Origin: Corynebacterium glutamicum ATCC 13032
Lineage (GTDB): Bacteria; Actinomycetota; Actinomycetes; Mycobacteriales; Mycobacteriaceae
Direction of reading: 5' to 3'
Assembly (NCBI RefSeq): GCF_000011325.1
Contig: NC_003450.3
Coordinates: 2,460,001 to 2,492,000, forward strand
Length of the DNA: 32,000 bases
Numbering within the stretch: the first letter of the stretch is position 1; the number at the start of each line of letters is the position of its first letter. Of this stretch, positions 1 through 7,926 are shown in pieces. A model generated the notes under the pieces. It did not search any database, was not told the DNA's origin, and saw only the letters and a program-made list of their open reading frames with translations. Made by a program: the position numbers and the translations under genes.

Positions 1-340
1 CACCGCGAGGTCGAAAGGTATGAGCTTCAACCGCGCGTTGATCATCCACGGTCTTCGGAATGCTGCTCTTCCTGTCCTTACCGTCACTGGTTTGCAGCTA
101 ACAACCTTGGTTATCGGCGCCGTGGTGATTGAACAAGTCTTTGTCATCCCCGGAATCGGTTCGATGCTGCTGGAGTCCGTGTCCAACCGTGATCTCATCG
201 CTGTGCAATCTATTGTCATGCTGCTGGTGGCGTTCACGTTGCTGGTTAATTTGGTGGTTGATCTGCTGTATCAGGTGGTTGATCCAAGAGTCGGTGCTGT
301 TGGGGTTGCTAGCACTAAGGTTCCAGGGAGCGTGGCTTAA
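1..340 (+). CDS. ABC peptide/nickel-type importer permease (DppB/OppB-like), C-terminal fragment; the 5' end lies outside the window
   Basis: The frame is open from the window edge. The hydrophobic C-terminus ends ...LVNLVVDLLYQVVDPRV, the typical end of a binding-protein-dependent permease. TAA at 338-340 abuts the next gene's GTG at 341. Confidence 0.8.
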   Translation, partial: TARSKGMSFNRALIIHGLRNAALPVLTVTGLQLTTLVIGAVVIEQVFVIPGIGSMLLESVSNRDLIAVQSIVMLLVAFTLLVNLVVDLLYQVVDPRVGAVGVASTKVPGSVA

Positions 341-1171
341 GTGACAACGATCAAAAACATGCCCCTTTCAGGGAAAATCGGCGGCTTCATCGTTGCCGTT
401 GTATTTGTTCTTGCTGCGCTGTCTTTCATTTGGACTCCGTTTGATCCAGTTCAAGCTTTCCCACAGGAGCGCCTTGAGGGAAGTTCTTTGAGGCACCTGT
501 TGGGAACGGATCGTTATGGTCGCGATGTTTTATCCCAGATCATGGTTGGTTCCCGCGTCACGTTGTTGGTGGGCATCATTGCGGTGGCGATCGCAGCATT
601 AATCGGCACGCCACTGGGTATTGCTGCGGGAATGCGCCGTGGCATGGTGGAAACCTTTGTCATGCGTGGTGCCGATTTAATGTTGGCGTTCCCAGCACTG
701 TTGTTGGCGATTATTTCCGGCGCCGTTTTCGGCGCCTCCACGTGGTCCGCGATGGTCGCGATCGGCATCGCAGGCATCCCTAGTTTTGCCCGCGTGGCTC
801 GTGCAGGCACATTGCAGGTGACCAGTCAGGATTTCATCGCAGCTGCTCGGCTATCAAAAGTAAGTTCCGCCCGGATCGCGCTTCGCCATATTTTGCCCAA
901 CATCACCAGCATGTTGATCGTTCAGGCATCAGTAGCTTTTGCCCTGGCGATCCTGGCGGAAGCCGCATTGAGTTTCCTCGGTTTGGGCACCACTCCCCCG
1001 GATCCCAGCTGGGGTCGCATGTTGCAAACCGCTCAAGCATCCATCGGCGTCACCCCCATGTTGGCGGTGTGGCCCGGTGCTGCGATCGCTTTGACGGTCC
1101 TTGGTTTTAATCTTTTCGGTGATGGTTTACGCGATGCCATCGATCCAAAGCGGGAGGTCGGCCGTGCTTAA
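341..1171 (+). CDS. ABC peptide/nickel-type importer permease (DppC/OppC-like), 276 aa
   Basis: GTG start directly after the upstream stop. Multiple TM segments and an EAA-like loop (AAARLSKVSSARIALRHILPN). The C-terminus NLFGDGLRDAIDPK is typical of the DppC family. Confidence 0.85.
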   Translation: MTTIKNMPLSGKIGGFIVAVVFVLAALSFIWTPFDPVQAFPQERLEGSSLRHLLGTDRYGRDVLSQIMVGSRVTLLVGIIAVAIAALIGTPLGIAAGMRRGMVETFVMRGADLMLAFPALLLAIISGAVFGASTWSAMVAIGIAGIPSFARVARAGTLQVTSQDFIAAARLSKVSSARIALRHILPNITSMLIVQASVAFALAILAEAALSFLGLGTTPPDPSWGRMLQTAQASIGVTPMLAVWPGAAIALTVLGFNLFGDGLRDAIDPKREVGRA

Positions 1172-2603
1172 AGTTTCTGATTTAACGGTTGGCAACAATT
1201 TTGTCCACAACGTCTCCTTCGAGGTCAACCCCGGCGAACGCGTCGGCATCATCGGCGAGTCCGGCTCAGGCAAATCACTCACCGCGCTATCCATCATGGG
1301 TTTAACTGACCTGCCGACCACCGGCCAGATCACCTTCAACGGCAAACCCTCCGCTACATTCCGTGGCACCCGCATCGCCATGGTTTTCCAAGAACCAATG
1401 AGCGCACTCAACCCGCTCATGCGCATCGGCCGCCAAATCGAAGAAATGATGACCCTGCACGGGGCAAGCAAAAAAGACGCGCGGGCGCGCTTAAAAAGCT
1501 TGCTTATCGACGTCTCCCTCCCCGAACGCACCGCTTCGGCCTACCCACACGAACTTTCAGGCGGGCAACGCCAACGCGCACTAATCGCAATGGCGCTGGC
1601 CAATGATCCTGACCTGTTGATCTGCGATGAACCCACCACGGCTTTGGATGTGGTTGTGCAAAAACAAATCGTCGATCTGCTGCTGCGTCTCACCAAAGAA
1701 CGTGGCACCGCTTTATTGTTCATCACCCACGATCTTGGACTCATCGCGCGCACCTGCGAACGCTTATTGGTGATGAAATCCGGCGAAACCGTAGAACGCG
1801 GCGACACCGAGGCAATTCTTCGCTCCCCCGCCCATTCGTATACCCAACAGCTCCTTGATGCTTCAATCCTTGACCAGCCAGAAATCGCCTCAGATTCTGG
1901 CGCGCCGGTAGTGATTGATGTGGAGGAGGCGTCGAAAAGCTTTAAAGAAACCACCGCCCTCCACAAGGTTTCATTGGCGGTGCGCAAAGGTGACCTGCTT
2001 GGAATAGTCGGCGGATCAGGTTCCGGCAAAACGACTCTGCTGAAGCTCATCGCCGGTTTGGATAAGCCCACAACCGGTACCGTTGCGGTAACCGGTGGTG
2101 TGCAGATGGTGTTTCAGGATCCCCAATCAAGCCTCAACCCACGGATGAAAATCAAAGACATTGTCGCCGAACCACTGCTTGGTTGGAACGCGGCGGAGAA
2201 AACCACACGGGTTGCGGAAGTCATCACCCAAGTGGGACTGAGCCCCGATGTCTTAGATCGCTACCCCCACGAATTCTCCGGAGGACAGCGCCAACGAATC
2301 TCCATCGCCAGAGCCCTCGCCATCAAACCAGCGATCCTGCTTGCCGACGAACCTGTCTCCGCCCTCGATGTGTCCGTACGTAAACAAGTACTGGATCTTC
2401 TCCAACAACTCGTCGAAGAATACGGCATCACCTTGGTGTTCGTCTCCCACGATCTGGCAGTGGTGAGACACCTGTGCACAACCGTGTGGGTGATGGAACA
2501 GGGACGAGTCCTTGAGCAAGGGCCCATCGATTCGGTTTATGATCACCCACAGACCGAATACACCAAGGAGCTGCTTGATGCCGTTCCGCGGTTGAGCCTT
2601 TAA
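1164..2603 (+). CDS. ABC transporter ATP-binding protein with two fused ATPase cassettes (DppD/DppF-like), 479 aa
   Basis: Two Walker A motifs (GESGSGKS, GGSGSGKT), two LSGGQRQR signatures and two Walker B motifs (LICDEPT, LLADEPV). I prefer the GTG at 1164, which overlaps the permease stop (GTGCTTAA), over the track start at 1101. Confidence 0.85.
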   Translation: MLKVSDLTVGNNFVHNVSFEVNPGERVGIIGESGSGKSLTALSIMGLTDLPTTGQITFNGKPSATFRGTRIAMVFQEPMSALNPLMRIGRQIEEMMTLHGASKKDARARLKSLLIDVSLPERTASAYPHELSGGQRQRALIAMALANDPDLLICDEPTTALDVVVQKQIVDLLLRLTKERGTALLFITHDLGLIARTCERLLVMKSGETVERGDTEAILRSPAHSYTQQLLDASILDQPEIASDSGAPVVIDVEEASKSFKETTALHKVSLAVRKGDLLGIVGGSGSGKTTLLKLIAGLDKPTTGTVAVTGGVQMVFQDPQSSLNPRMKIKDIVAEPLLGWNAAEKTTRVAEVITQVGLSPDVLDRYPHEFSGGQRQRISIARALAIKPAILLADEPVSALDVSVRKQVLDLLQQLVEEYGITLVFVSHDLAVVRHLCTTVWVMEQGRVLEQGPIDSVYDHPQTEYTKELLDAVPRLSL

Positions 2604-3151
2604 ACCAGCGCAGATGACAACGCAATGGTGGCCACGGTTGTATACAGTGGCCCACCGCTTCTGCCTTTTCCAGGTTCAGAAGACACCAGTTCAATCTCAT
2701 CGACTGGCCATTCGGGGCCTTCGTATATAGAGAGAGCGTGGACCAGATCGGGGATGACAGGATCCCAATCGCGGCTGCGCTGTCGCTGCGTTGGTTTCGC
2801 CACGGTCAGGTGTGCACGCTGGCGTCGGCGTTCCTCAGGATCAATCAGACAATCAGCCATCAGTCGCCGCAGATCTTTGGTGTCACCACCAACACCCATC
2901 CACAAATTCTTCCGATTAAATGAGCCTGCGCCTTTGATTCTGATGGTGAATTCTTCATTGATTCGGGCTGCACTTGTCAGATGCTCAATGAGATCTTCGA
3001 CTGCCCCATCAGGTAATTCTCCATAGAACGCCAACGTGATGTGCCAATTGTCTGGATCAGACCACCGCAGATCATCCTTGTAGGGACGAAGCGCGTTGAT
3101 CAGATGCTCGGTGACTTCAATCGGCGGAGTGATAGACGCGAACAGTCTCAT
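2600..3151 (-). CDS. thpR: RNA 2',3'-cyclic phosphodiesterase / 2'-5' RNA ligase family protein (ThpR/LigT), 183 aa
   Basis: Two H-x-T-x motifs (WHITLAF, AHLTVAK) with the spacing typical of 2H phosphoesterases. I chose the ATG at 3151 (MRLFASI...). The 265-aa track ORF would run through the rbsK start region. Confidence 0.75.
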   Translation of the reverse strand: MRLFASITPPIEVTEHLINALRPYKDDLRWSDPDNWHITLAFYGELPDGAVEDLIEHLTSAARINEEFTIRIKGAGSFNRKNLWMGVGGDTKDLRRLMADCLIDPEERRRQRAHLTVAKPTQRQRSRDWDPVIPDLVHALSIYEGPEWPVDEIELVSSEPGKGRSGGPLYTTVATIALSSALV

Positions 3152-3206
3152 GAAGCCATAATAACCACCTTCTACAAAGATCGACGTAGAATGGAATAAC
3201 CCCTTA

Positions 3207-3220
3207 TGAAAACGTTTGCA
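3207..3220. promoter_or_regulatory. LacI-family-type operator-like palindrome TGAAAACGTTTGCA in the thpR/rbsK divergent region
   Basis: A 14-mer, 12/14 self-complementary, with the central AACGTT core typical of LacI/GalR operators. It ends 21 nt before the rbsK ATG and lies just upstream of the AAGGA ribosome-binding site. Confidence 0.4.
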
Positions 3221-3241
3221 TAACTCCGCTAAGGATGTTCC

Positions 3242-4147
3242 ATGAATAATCGAATTGTCGTAGTCGGCTCCATCAACGCTGATCTTAATGTTCTCGTTGA
3301 CCGCCACCCAGCACCTGGCGAAACACTGTTGGGCAGTGGTGGACACATCACTGCAGGAGGCAAAGGCGCCAACCAGGCAGTAGCTGCCGCTCTTCAAGGT
3401 GCAGACGTCGCCTTTGTCGGCGCTGTGGGCAAGGATCCTTACGCTGCCCCAGCCTTAGAATTCCTTCGTTCGTCAGGCGTCGACCTTACGGCAGTATCCG
3501 AAGTAGATGACACCACCGGGCTTGCAGTTATCACCGTTGCCAAAGACGGCGAGAACAATATCGTTGTCATCCCCGGCGCGAATTCCCTGGTCAATTGTGA
3601 TTATGTAAGCAGCCAATCCGCTCTTTTAGCTGAAGCTGGAATCCTGTTGCTGCAAGGTGAGATCCCTGCGGATGGCTTCAAAGAGGCCATTCACCACACC
3701 ATGGGTCGCGTCGTGGTGAATCTAGCGCCCGTCATCGAGGTAGAGAAGTCCGCGTTACTTGAGGCTGATCCGATCATCGCCAATGAGCACGAGGCCGGCC
3801 TGATTCTGGATCAATTCGGGGCAGGCATCGATTCCATGGATCCCCACGAGCTCGCGCAAGCTCTCCTCGACGCCGGTTTCGCCTCTGTTGTTTTAACGCT
3901 TGGATCCGCAGGCGCGTTGGTCGCCGATGCCACCGGTATCACGGACATCGCCACACCAACGGTGCAGGCAGTTGACACCACGGGAGCCGGTGACGCTTTT
4001 GCCGGAGCCTTCTGCGCACGACTAATTAAAGGCGATTCGCTTATCGACGCCGCCACCCACGCAGCACGCGTCGGCGCTTACTCGGTGCAAACCGCCGGAG
4101 CGCAAGCGTCCTATCCGGACGCGAGCGTTTCACTTCCCTCTGTTTAA
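3242..4147 (+). CDS. rbsK: Ribokinase (PfkB family), 301 aa
   Basis: N-terminal VVVGSINADL, GGKGANQAVAAA and the C-terminal PfkB signature DTTGAGDAFAGAF. AAGGA ribosome-binding site upstream. Confidence 0.85.
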   Translation: MNNRIVVVGSINADLNVLVDRHPAPGETLLGSGGHITAGGKGANQAVAAALQGADVAFVGAVGKDPYAAPALEFLRSSGVDLTAVSEVDDTTGLAVITVAKDGENNIVVIPGANSLVNCDYVSSQSALLAEAGILLLQGEIPADGFKEAIHHTMGRVVVNLAPVIEVEKSALLEADPIIANEHEAGLILDQFGAGIDSMDPHELAQALLDAGFASVVLTLGSAGALVADATGITDIATPTVQAVDTTGAGDAFAGAFCARLIKGDSLIDAATHAARVGAYSVQTAGAQASYPDASVSLPSV

Positions 4148-4156
4148 AAAAACTAT

Positions 4157-4270
4157 TTAAGAAGAGGTGATGTGTAACAAGATGTCATCGTGGAGGATTC
4201 GCTCCTCCGACACTTCGAAAATCTGGTTCAGGTATTCCACCTGAGCATCAAAATCATGTGCATTCATCAT
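4157..4270 (-). CDS. Speculative small ORF, 37 aa (MMNAHDFDAQVEYLNQIFEVSEERILHDDILLHITSS)
   Basis: Hand-translated ORF in the 197-bp gap between rbsK and the PepSY gene. Codon third positions look coding-like, but there is no Shine-Dalgarno sequence and no recognisable family. Confidence 0.15.
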   Translation of the reverse strand: MMNAHDFDAQVEYLNQIFEVSEERILHDDILLHITSS

Positions 4271-4344
4271 TGCTGATCATCATAGACCTGTTGGCAAATG
4301 AATTCACCAATTCTTTAAAGCTCTCACCCTCTTTAGGGAACTGA

Positions 4345-5772
4345 ATGCGGTCTGTACTCGACTACTGGATCATGACTCTTGCACCTTCCACCAATGCGGT
4401 TTCGCAGCAAACAAGAAGGAACCCTTCCCAAGCGCCGCGACTTCTTCATCGACTTCACTTCTTTGCCGGCATTATCTGCGCACCGTTGATTTTCATCGCT
4501 GCGCTCACCGGACTGGTGTATGCGTTCTCCCCCACCATTGAAAGCATCTCTAATCAGGAAATGCTCACGGTCTCCAAGTCGGCTAGCGACACAGCTCTTC
4601 CGGTGCGTGAACAAGTGAGCATCGCCCAAGAACTCCACCCCGATTTAGATCTCTCAGGTGTCCGGCTTGGCGATGATTCCTCCACCACCCGCGTCCTCTT
4701 CGCCGACGAGACGCTTGCTGAATCCACAGTCCGCGCCGTGTTTGTTGATCCCTACACCGGCGAGATCACCGGTGATACCACCCAATACGGAAGCTCAGCT
4801 GCACTGCCGTTTCGGCAATGGGTCTCGCAAGGTCACCGCATGTTGTGGCTTGGTGAACCTGGACGTATTTATTCCGAACTTGCGGCAAGTTGGCTCGGAG
4901 TTTTAGCCGTAGGCGGTTTCGCATTATTGTGGTTGCGCAACAAAAAGCCCGGCCGCTTGAGAAAGATGGTGCGAACTGGTGGCCGTGGTCGAGTGAAAAC
5001 GTATCGCCGACATGCAGCATTGGGCACCGTAGCGGGCTTGGGTTTTGTGTTCCTCACCTTTACTGGCCTGACCTGGTCAACTTATGCGGGATCCAACATC
5101 ACGGATTTACGCACCCAACTCAATTGGACGCAGCCTTCCGTTAACGCTTCTCTAACAGCTGCCCCACAAGTGGACATGCATGATGAACACGCAGGTCATC
5201 ACATGCATATGGAGTCGGCAACCTCAGGCTCAGGTTCTATAGATCTGGTAGCGGCCACGGCTATCTCCGAATTACGCACTCCCCTCACCATTACTCCCCC
5301 AGCACAAGATGGCCTCGCGTGGACTGCCACAGAAAACCGCGACGCCTACCGATTCACCACTGACACCATCGCTGTTGATGGCGACACCGGAATGCTGACC
5401 AACCGTTTGAATTCCACTGATTGGCCATTAGCTGCTCAAGCGAGTGCATGGCTCATCCAGCTTCACATGGGCACCCTGTTTGGCCTTCCCAACCAGGTTG
5501 TACTTGGGCTGTTGGCTGCCTCAATAATCGTGATGATCGGCCTTGGGTATTGGATGCTGTGGCAGCATCGGCCACGGGAAGGTTGGCCTAGCGCTCCCAA
5601 GCGTGCAGGATTTGAAAAACCCACCTGGGGAACTATCGCGTTGGGTGTTGTGGTGATCGCGTATGGGCTTCTCGCGCCACTTTTTGCAGTTTCACTGCTC
5701 GTGTTTATTGGATTAAGCCTTGGAGTGCGGTTTATTTCTCGTATGTCCGGGCGCGCGGACACGTCCAACTAA
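4345..5772 (+). CDS. PepSY-domain / PepSY-associated TM helix membrane protein (PiuB-like, iron-regulated membrane protein family), 475 aa
   Basis: N-terminal LHRLHFFAGIICAPLIFIAALTGLVYAF and a C-terminal WLIQLHMGTLFG motif flank a large loop, with extra TM helices. AGGGA lies 5 nt upstream of the ATG at 4345; an alternative ATG at 4372 has no ribosome-binding site. Confidence 0.8.
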   Translation: MRSVLDYWIMTLAPSTNAVSQQTRRNPSQAPRLLHRLHFFAGIICAPLIFIAALTGLVYAFSPTIESISNQEMLTVSKSASDTALPVREQVSIAQELHPDLDLSGVRLGDDSSTTRVLFADETLAESTVRAVFVDPYTGEITGDTTQYGSSAALPFRQWVSQGHRMLWLGEPGRIYSELAASWLGVLAVGGFALLWLRNKKPGRLRKMVRTGGRGRVKTYRRHAALGTVAGLGFVFLTFTGLTWSTYAGSNITDLRTQLNWTQPSVNASLTAAPQVDMHDEHAGHHMHMESATSGSGSIDLVAATAISELRTPLTITPPAQDGLAWTATENRDAYRFTTDTIAVDGDTGMLTNRLNSTDWPLAAQASAWLIQLHMGTLFGLPNQVVLGLLAASIIVMIGLGYWMLWQHRPREGWPSAPKRAGFEKPTWGTIALGVVVIAYGLLAPLFAVSLLVFIGLSLGVRFISRMSGRADTSN

Positions 5773-5776
5773 GAAC

Positions 5777-5906
5777 ACCAAACCACACCGCCCACGAATC
5801 CTGGAAATGGGATCCGTGGGCATCTGTGACTGGTTTTAAGACCTCAAAACCGGTCAGAAATGCCCACGAAACTGAAAAACAGTTTTCGTGGGCAGCGTGG
5901 TTTGGT
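5777..5906. repeat. 130-bp imperfect palindrome (long hairpin, or three sub-hairpins) between convergent genes; probable bidirectional terminator region
   Basis: Outer arms 5777-5796 and 5887-5906 pair at 18/20. Inner arms around 5813-5841 and 5842-5870 are also largely complementary. Alternative local hairpins lie at 5791-5820, 5828-5855 and 5861-5894. Confidence 0.7.
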
Positions 5907-6035
5907 CTGGCTCAAAAACTAGATAAGAACTCGAAAAAGTCGACTCTCTGTATAGCCGTTAGAAGCTCCAACATGAGCTCATCCAAGGGCACGCCCGTGT
6001 CAAAAACTCAGCGCCTCTAACGGGCAGCAAATAAG

Positions 6036-7010
6036 TTAGCTGGAAACCGCGACGGATTCCTTCTTCCTTGATGCCTTAGTCAAAGGCCTGTTTCGTACCA
6101 GCCCAACATAAACTGCGCCGGTGATGTTGTGGACCAAGGCAGCGACAGCACCTGGAAGGGCTGCTTCTGGGGTGAAGAATCGTCCTGCCATTCCCGATGC
6201 GAGGCCTGCGGATTGGGTTCCGATTTCAATCGCCATGGTGCGGTTTGCTGCTTCTGGGAATTTGAATACACGGCCGGTGAGGTATCCCACAACGTATCCA
6301 AGTACGTTGTGCACGATAACTGCAACGAACACGATGAGTCCGACAGACACGAGTCGTTCCGCGTTGGCTGCGACTGCGCCGAACACCACGCCACCGATAC
6401 CGAGGATGGAGAGATAAGGAAGGATCGGCAAAATCTTGTCGATCCACTTGTTCAAGAAGACACGCAGAACTAGGCCGATGATCACAGGCAGCAGCACTGT
6501 TTGTACCAAAGTCCACGCCATGCCTCCACCATCGACGGCGGTTTCAGTACCTGCCAGCATGAGCATGAGGAAAGGCGTCATGATTGGGGAAACAATGGTG
6601 GACACAGAGGTCATGGTGACCGATAGCGCGACATCTCCTCGGGCGAGAAACGCAATCACATTGGAGGAGGTGCCACCCGGAACGGATCCCAGCATGAGAA
6701 GGCCAACGGCGAGTGCTGGGTTGAGGTTGAACATTTTCGCAACCACGATCGCCAGGAATGGCATGATGACAAACTGCGCTACTACACCGATCAAGATAGG
6801 CAGTGGACGTTTAAGCACCATCTGAAAATCGGGCACCGTCAAGGTCAAACCCATGGTGAACATGATGATCGTGAGGAAGATATTAATGTAGTTTGTCAGC
6901 GGAATGAATGGTTCCGGGAAGATAAACGCAATGATCGCGCCCAGCAGAATGAAAGTTGGAAACGCGTAAATAATTATGGCCGCTGAACGGCCTTCTTCTG
7001 TTTTGGACAC
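6036..7010 (-). CDS. Bile acid:sodium symporter (BASS/SBF) family transporter, 324 aa
   Basis: About 9-10 TM segments with BASS family blocks (MFTMGLTL..DF, LMLGSVPGGTSSNV, IEIGTQSAGLA). Confidence 0.85.
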   Translation of the reverse strand: MSKTEEGRSAAIIIYAFPTFILLGAIIAFIFPEPFIPLTNYINIFLTIIMFTMGLTLTVPDFQMVLKRPLPILIGVVAQFVIMPFLAIVVAKMFNLNPALAVGLLMLGSVPGGTSSNVIAFLARGDVALSVTMTSVSTIVSPIMTPFLMLMLAGTETAVDGGGMAWTLVQTVLLPVIIGLVLRVFLNKWIDKILPILPYLSILGIGGVVFGAVAANAERLVSVGLIVFVAVIVHNVLGYVVGYLTGRVFKFPEAANRTMAIEIGTQSAGLASGMAGRFFTPEAALPGAVAALVHNITGAVYVGLVRNRPLTKASRKKESVAVSS

Positions 7011-7077
7011 TAGAAAACTCCAAGAAAGTTAAAACTGAAATGGTCGTGCTAGTGGTGGGCACAGAATTAAATCGCTG

Positions 7078-7926
7078 GTGTGCGAACTTTCATACCTTAA
7101 CGCAGTAGTGATGCTTAAGGCACAACGTGGGGGCAATTCCGGCCTATACTTTGGAAGTATGACTACTTTTATTACCTCCGGTGGCTTGGAAATCTCCCCC
7201 GCTGGCGCTCATATTGTTCACGCCGAATCACCTGAAGGTGAGCTGTTGTTTGTTAGCTCCGCTTCCCAATATGGGGAGGGAAATGCAATTAGGGGTGGTG
7301 TGCCCATCATTGCTCCATGGTTTGGTGGACTGCTTGGTTTGGACCCTGCACATGGTTGGGCGAAGCGTTCCGCGTGGGACGTGACTGAACATGACGGCCA
7401 AATTCACGCTGAATATGGCCGCGATGGTTTACTGCTGGATATTCGTGCGAACAGCACTAAGAATGGTTTTGAGATCACCCTGCGCGCTTACAACGACACC
7501 GATGAGGCACGCACTGTGCAGTTGGCCTTCCACCCTTATTTCAAGGTGGATGATGTAGAAAAGATCGAGGTCCGTGGCCTTGATGGGGTGGACATTCTCA
7601 ATCGCCTGAACAATGAGGTGGAGACCCAAGATGGTCCCGTTACTTTTGATGGCGAGTTCGATCGCATTGCGCTAGGGACTCCGGTTGTGAGGATTTTTGA
7701 TACCGATCGCATCATCACCATTGAGGGCGATGGTCATGATTCCACTGTGGTGTGGAATCCAGGCGAAAGTCGCGCCTCCACCGTGGCCGATATTGGCGAA
7801 GGTGAATGGCGCGACTTTGTGTGTGTTGAACCGGCGCTTTTGGGTGCTGACCAAAAAGGAGTGAGGGTGGCTCCGGGGCAGTCAGTCACCGTTGGGATGC
7901 AGGTAAGCGTCGAAAAGCGTGCTTAG
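7078..7926 (+). CDS. D-hexose-6-phosphate mutarotase / aldose 1-epimerase-related protein (YeaD family)
   Basis: YeaD-type blocks: [48 protein letters not shown]. The start is uncertain: GTG 7078 (282 aa), ATG 7111, or ATG 7159 (255 aa). Confidence 0.75.
   Translation: MCELSYLNAVVMLKAQRGGNSGLYFGSMTTFITSGGLEISPAGAHIVHAESPEGELLFVSSASQYGEGNAIRGGVPIIAPWFGGLLGLDPAHGWAKRSAWDVTEHDGQIHAEYGRDGLLLDIRANSTKNGFEITLRAYNDTDEARTVQLAFHPYFKVDDVEKIEVRGLDGVDILNRLNNEVETQDGPVTFDGEFDRIALGTPVVRIFDTDRIITIEGDGHDSTVVWNPGESRASTVADIGEGEWRDFVCVEPALLGADQKGVRVAPGQSVTVGMQVSVEKRA

Noticed and set aside
4228-4244. Inverted repeat TCAGGT-N5-ACCTGA upstream of the PepSY gene, considered as a DtxR iron box
   Set aside because: The DtxR consensus TTAGGTTAGCCTAACCTAA has 7 nt between the AGGT and ACCT cores, whereas this site has 5, and the flanks do not match. 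It also lies inside the speculative 37-aa ORF. Not enough to call an operator.
5826-6020. 64-aa ORF downstream of the PepSY gene
   Set aside because: It starts inside the 130-bp palindrome and terminator region. It has no ribosome-binding site, gives a Lys/Ser-rich product, and sits between two convergent genes.
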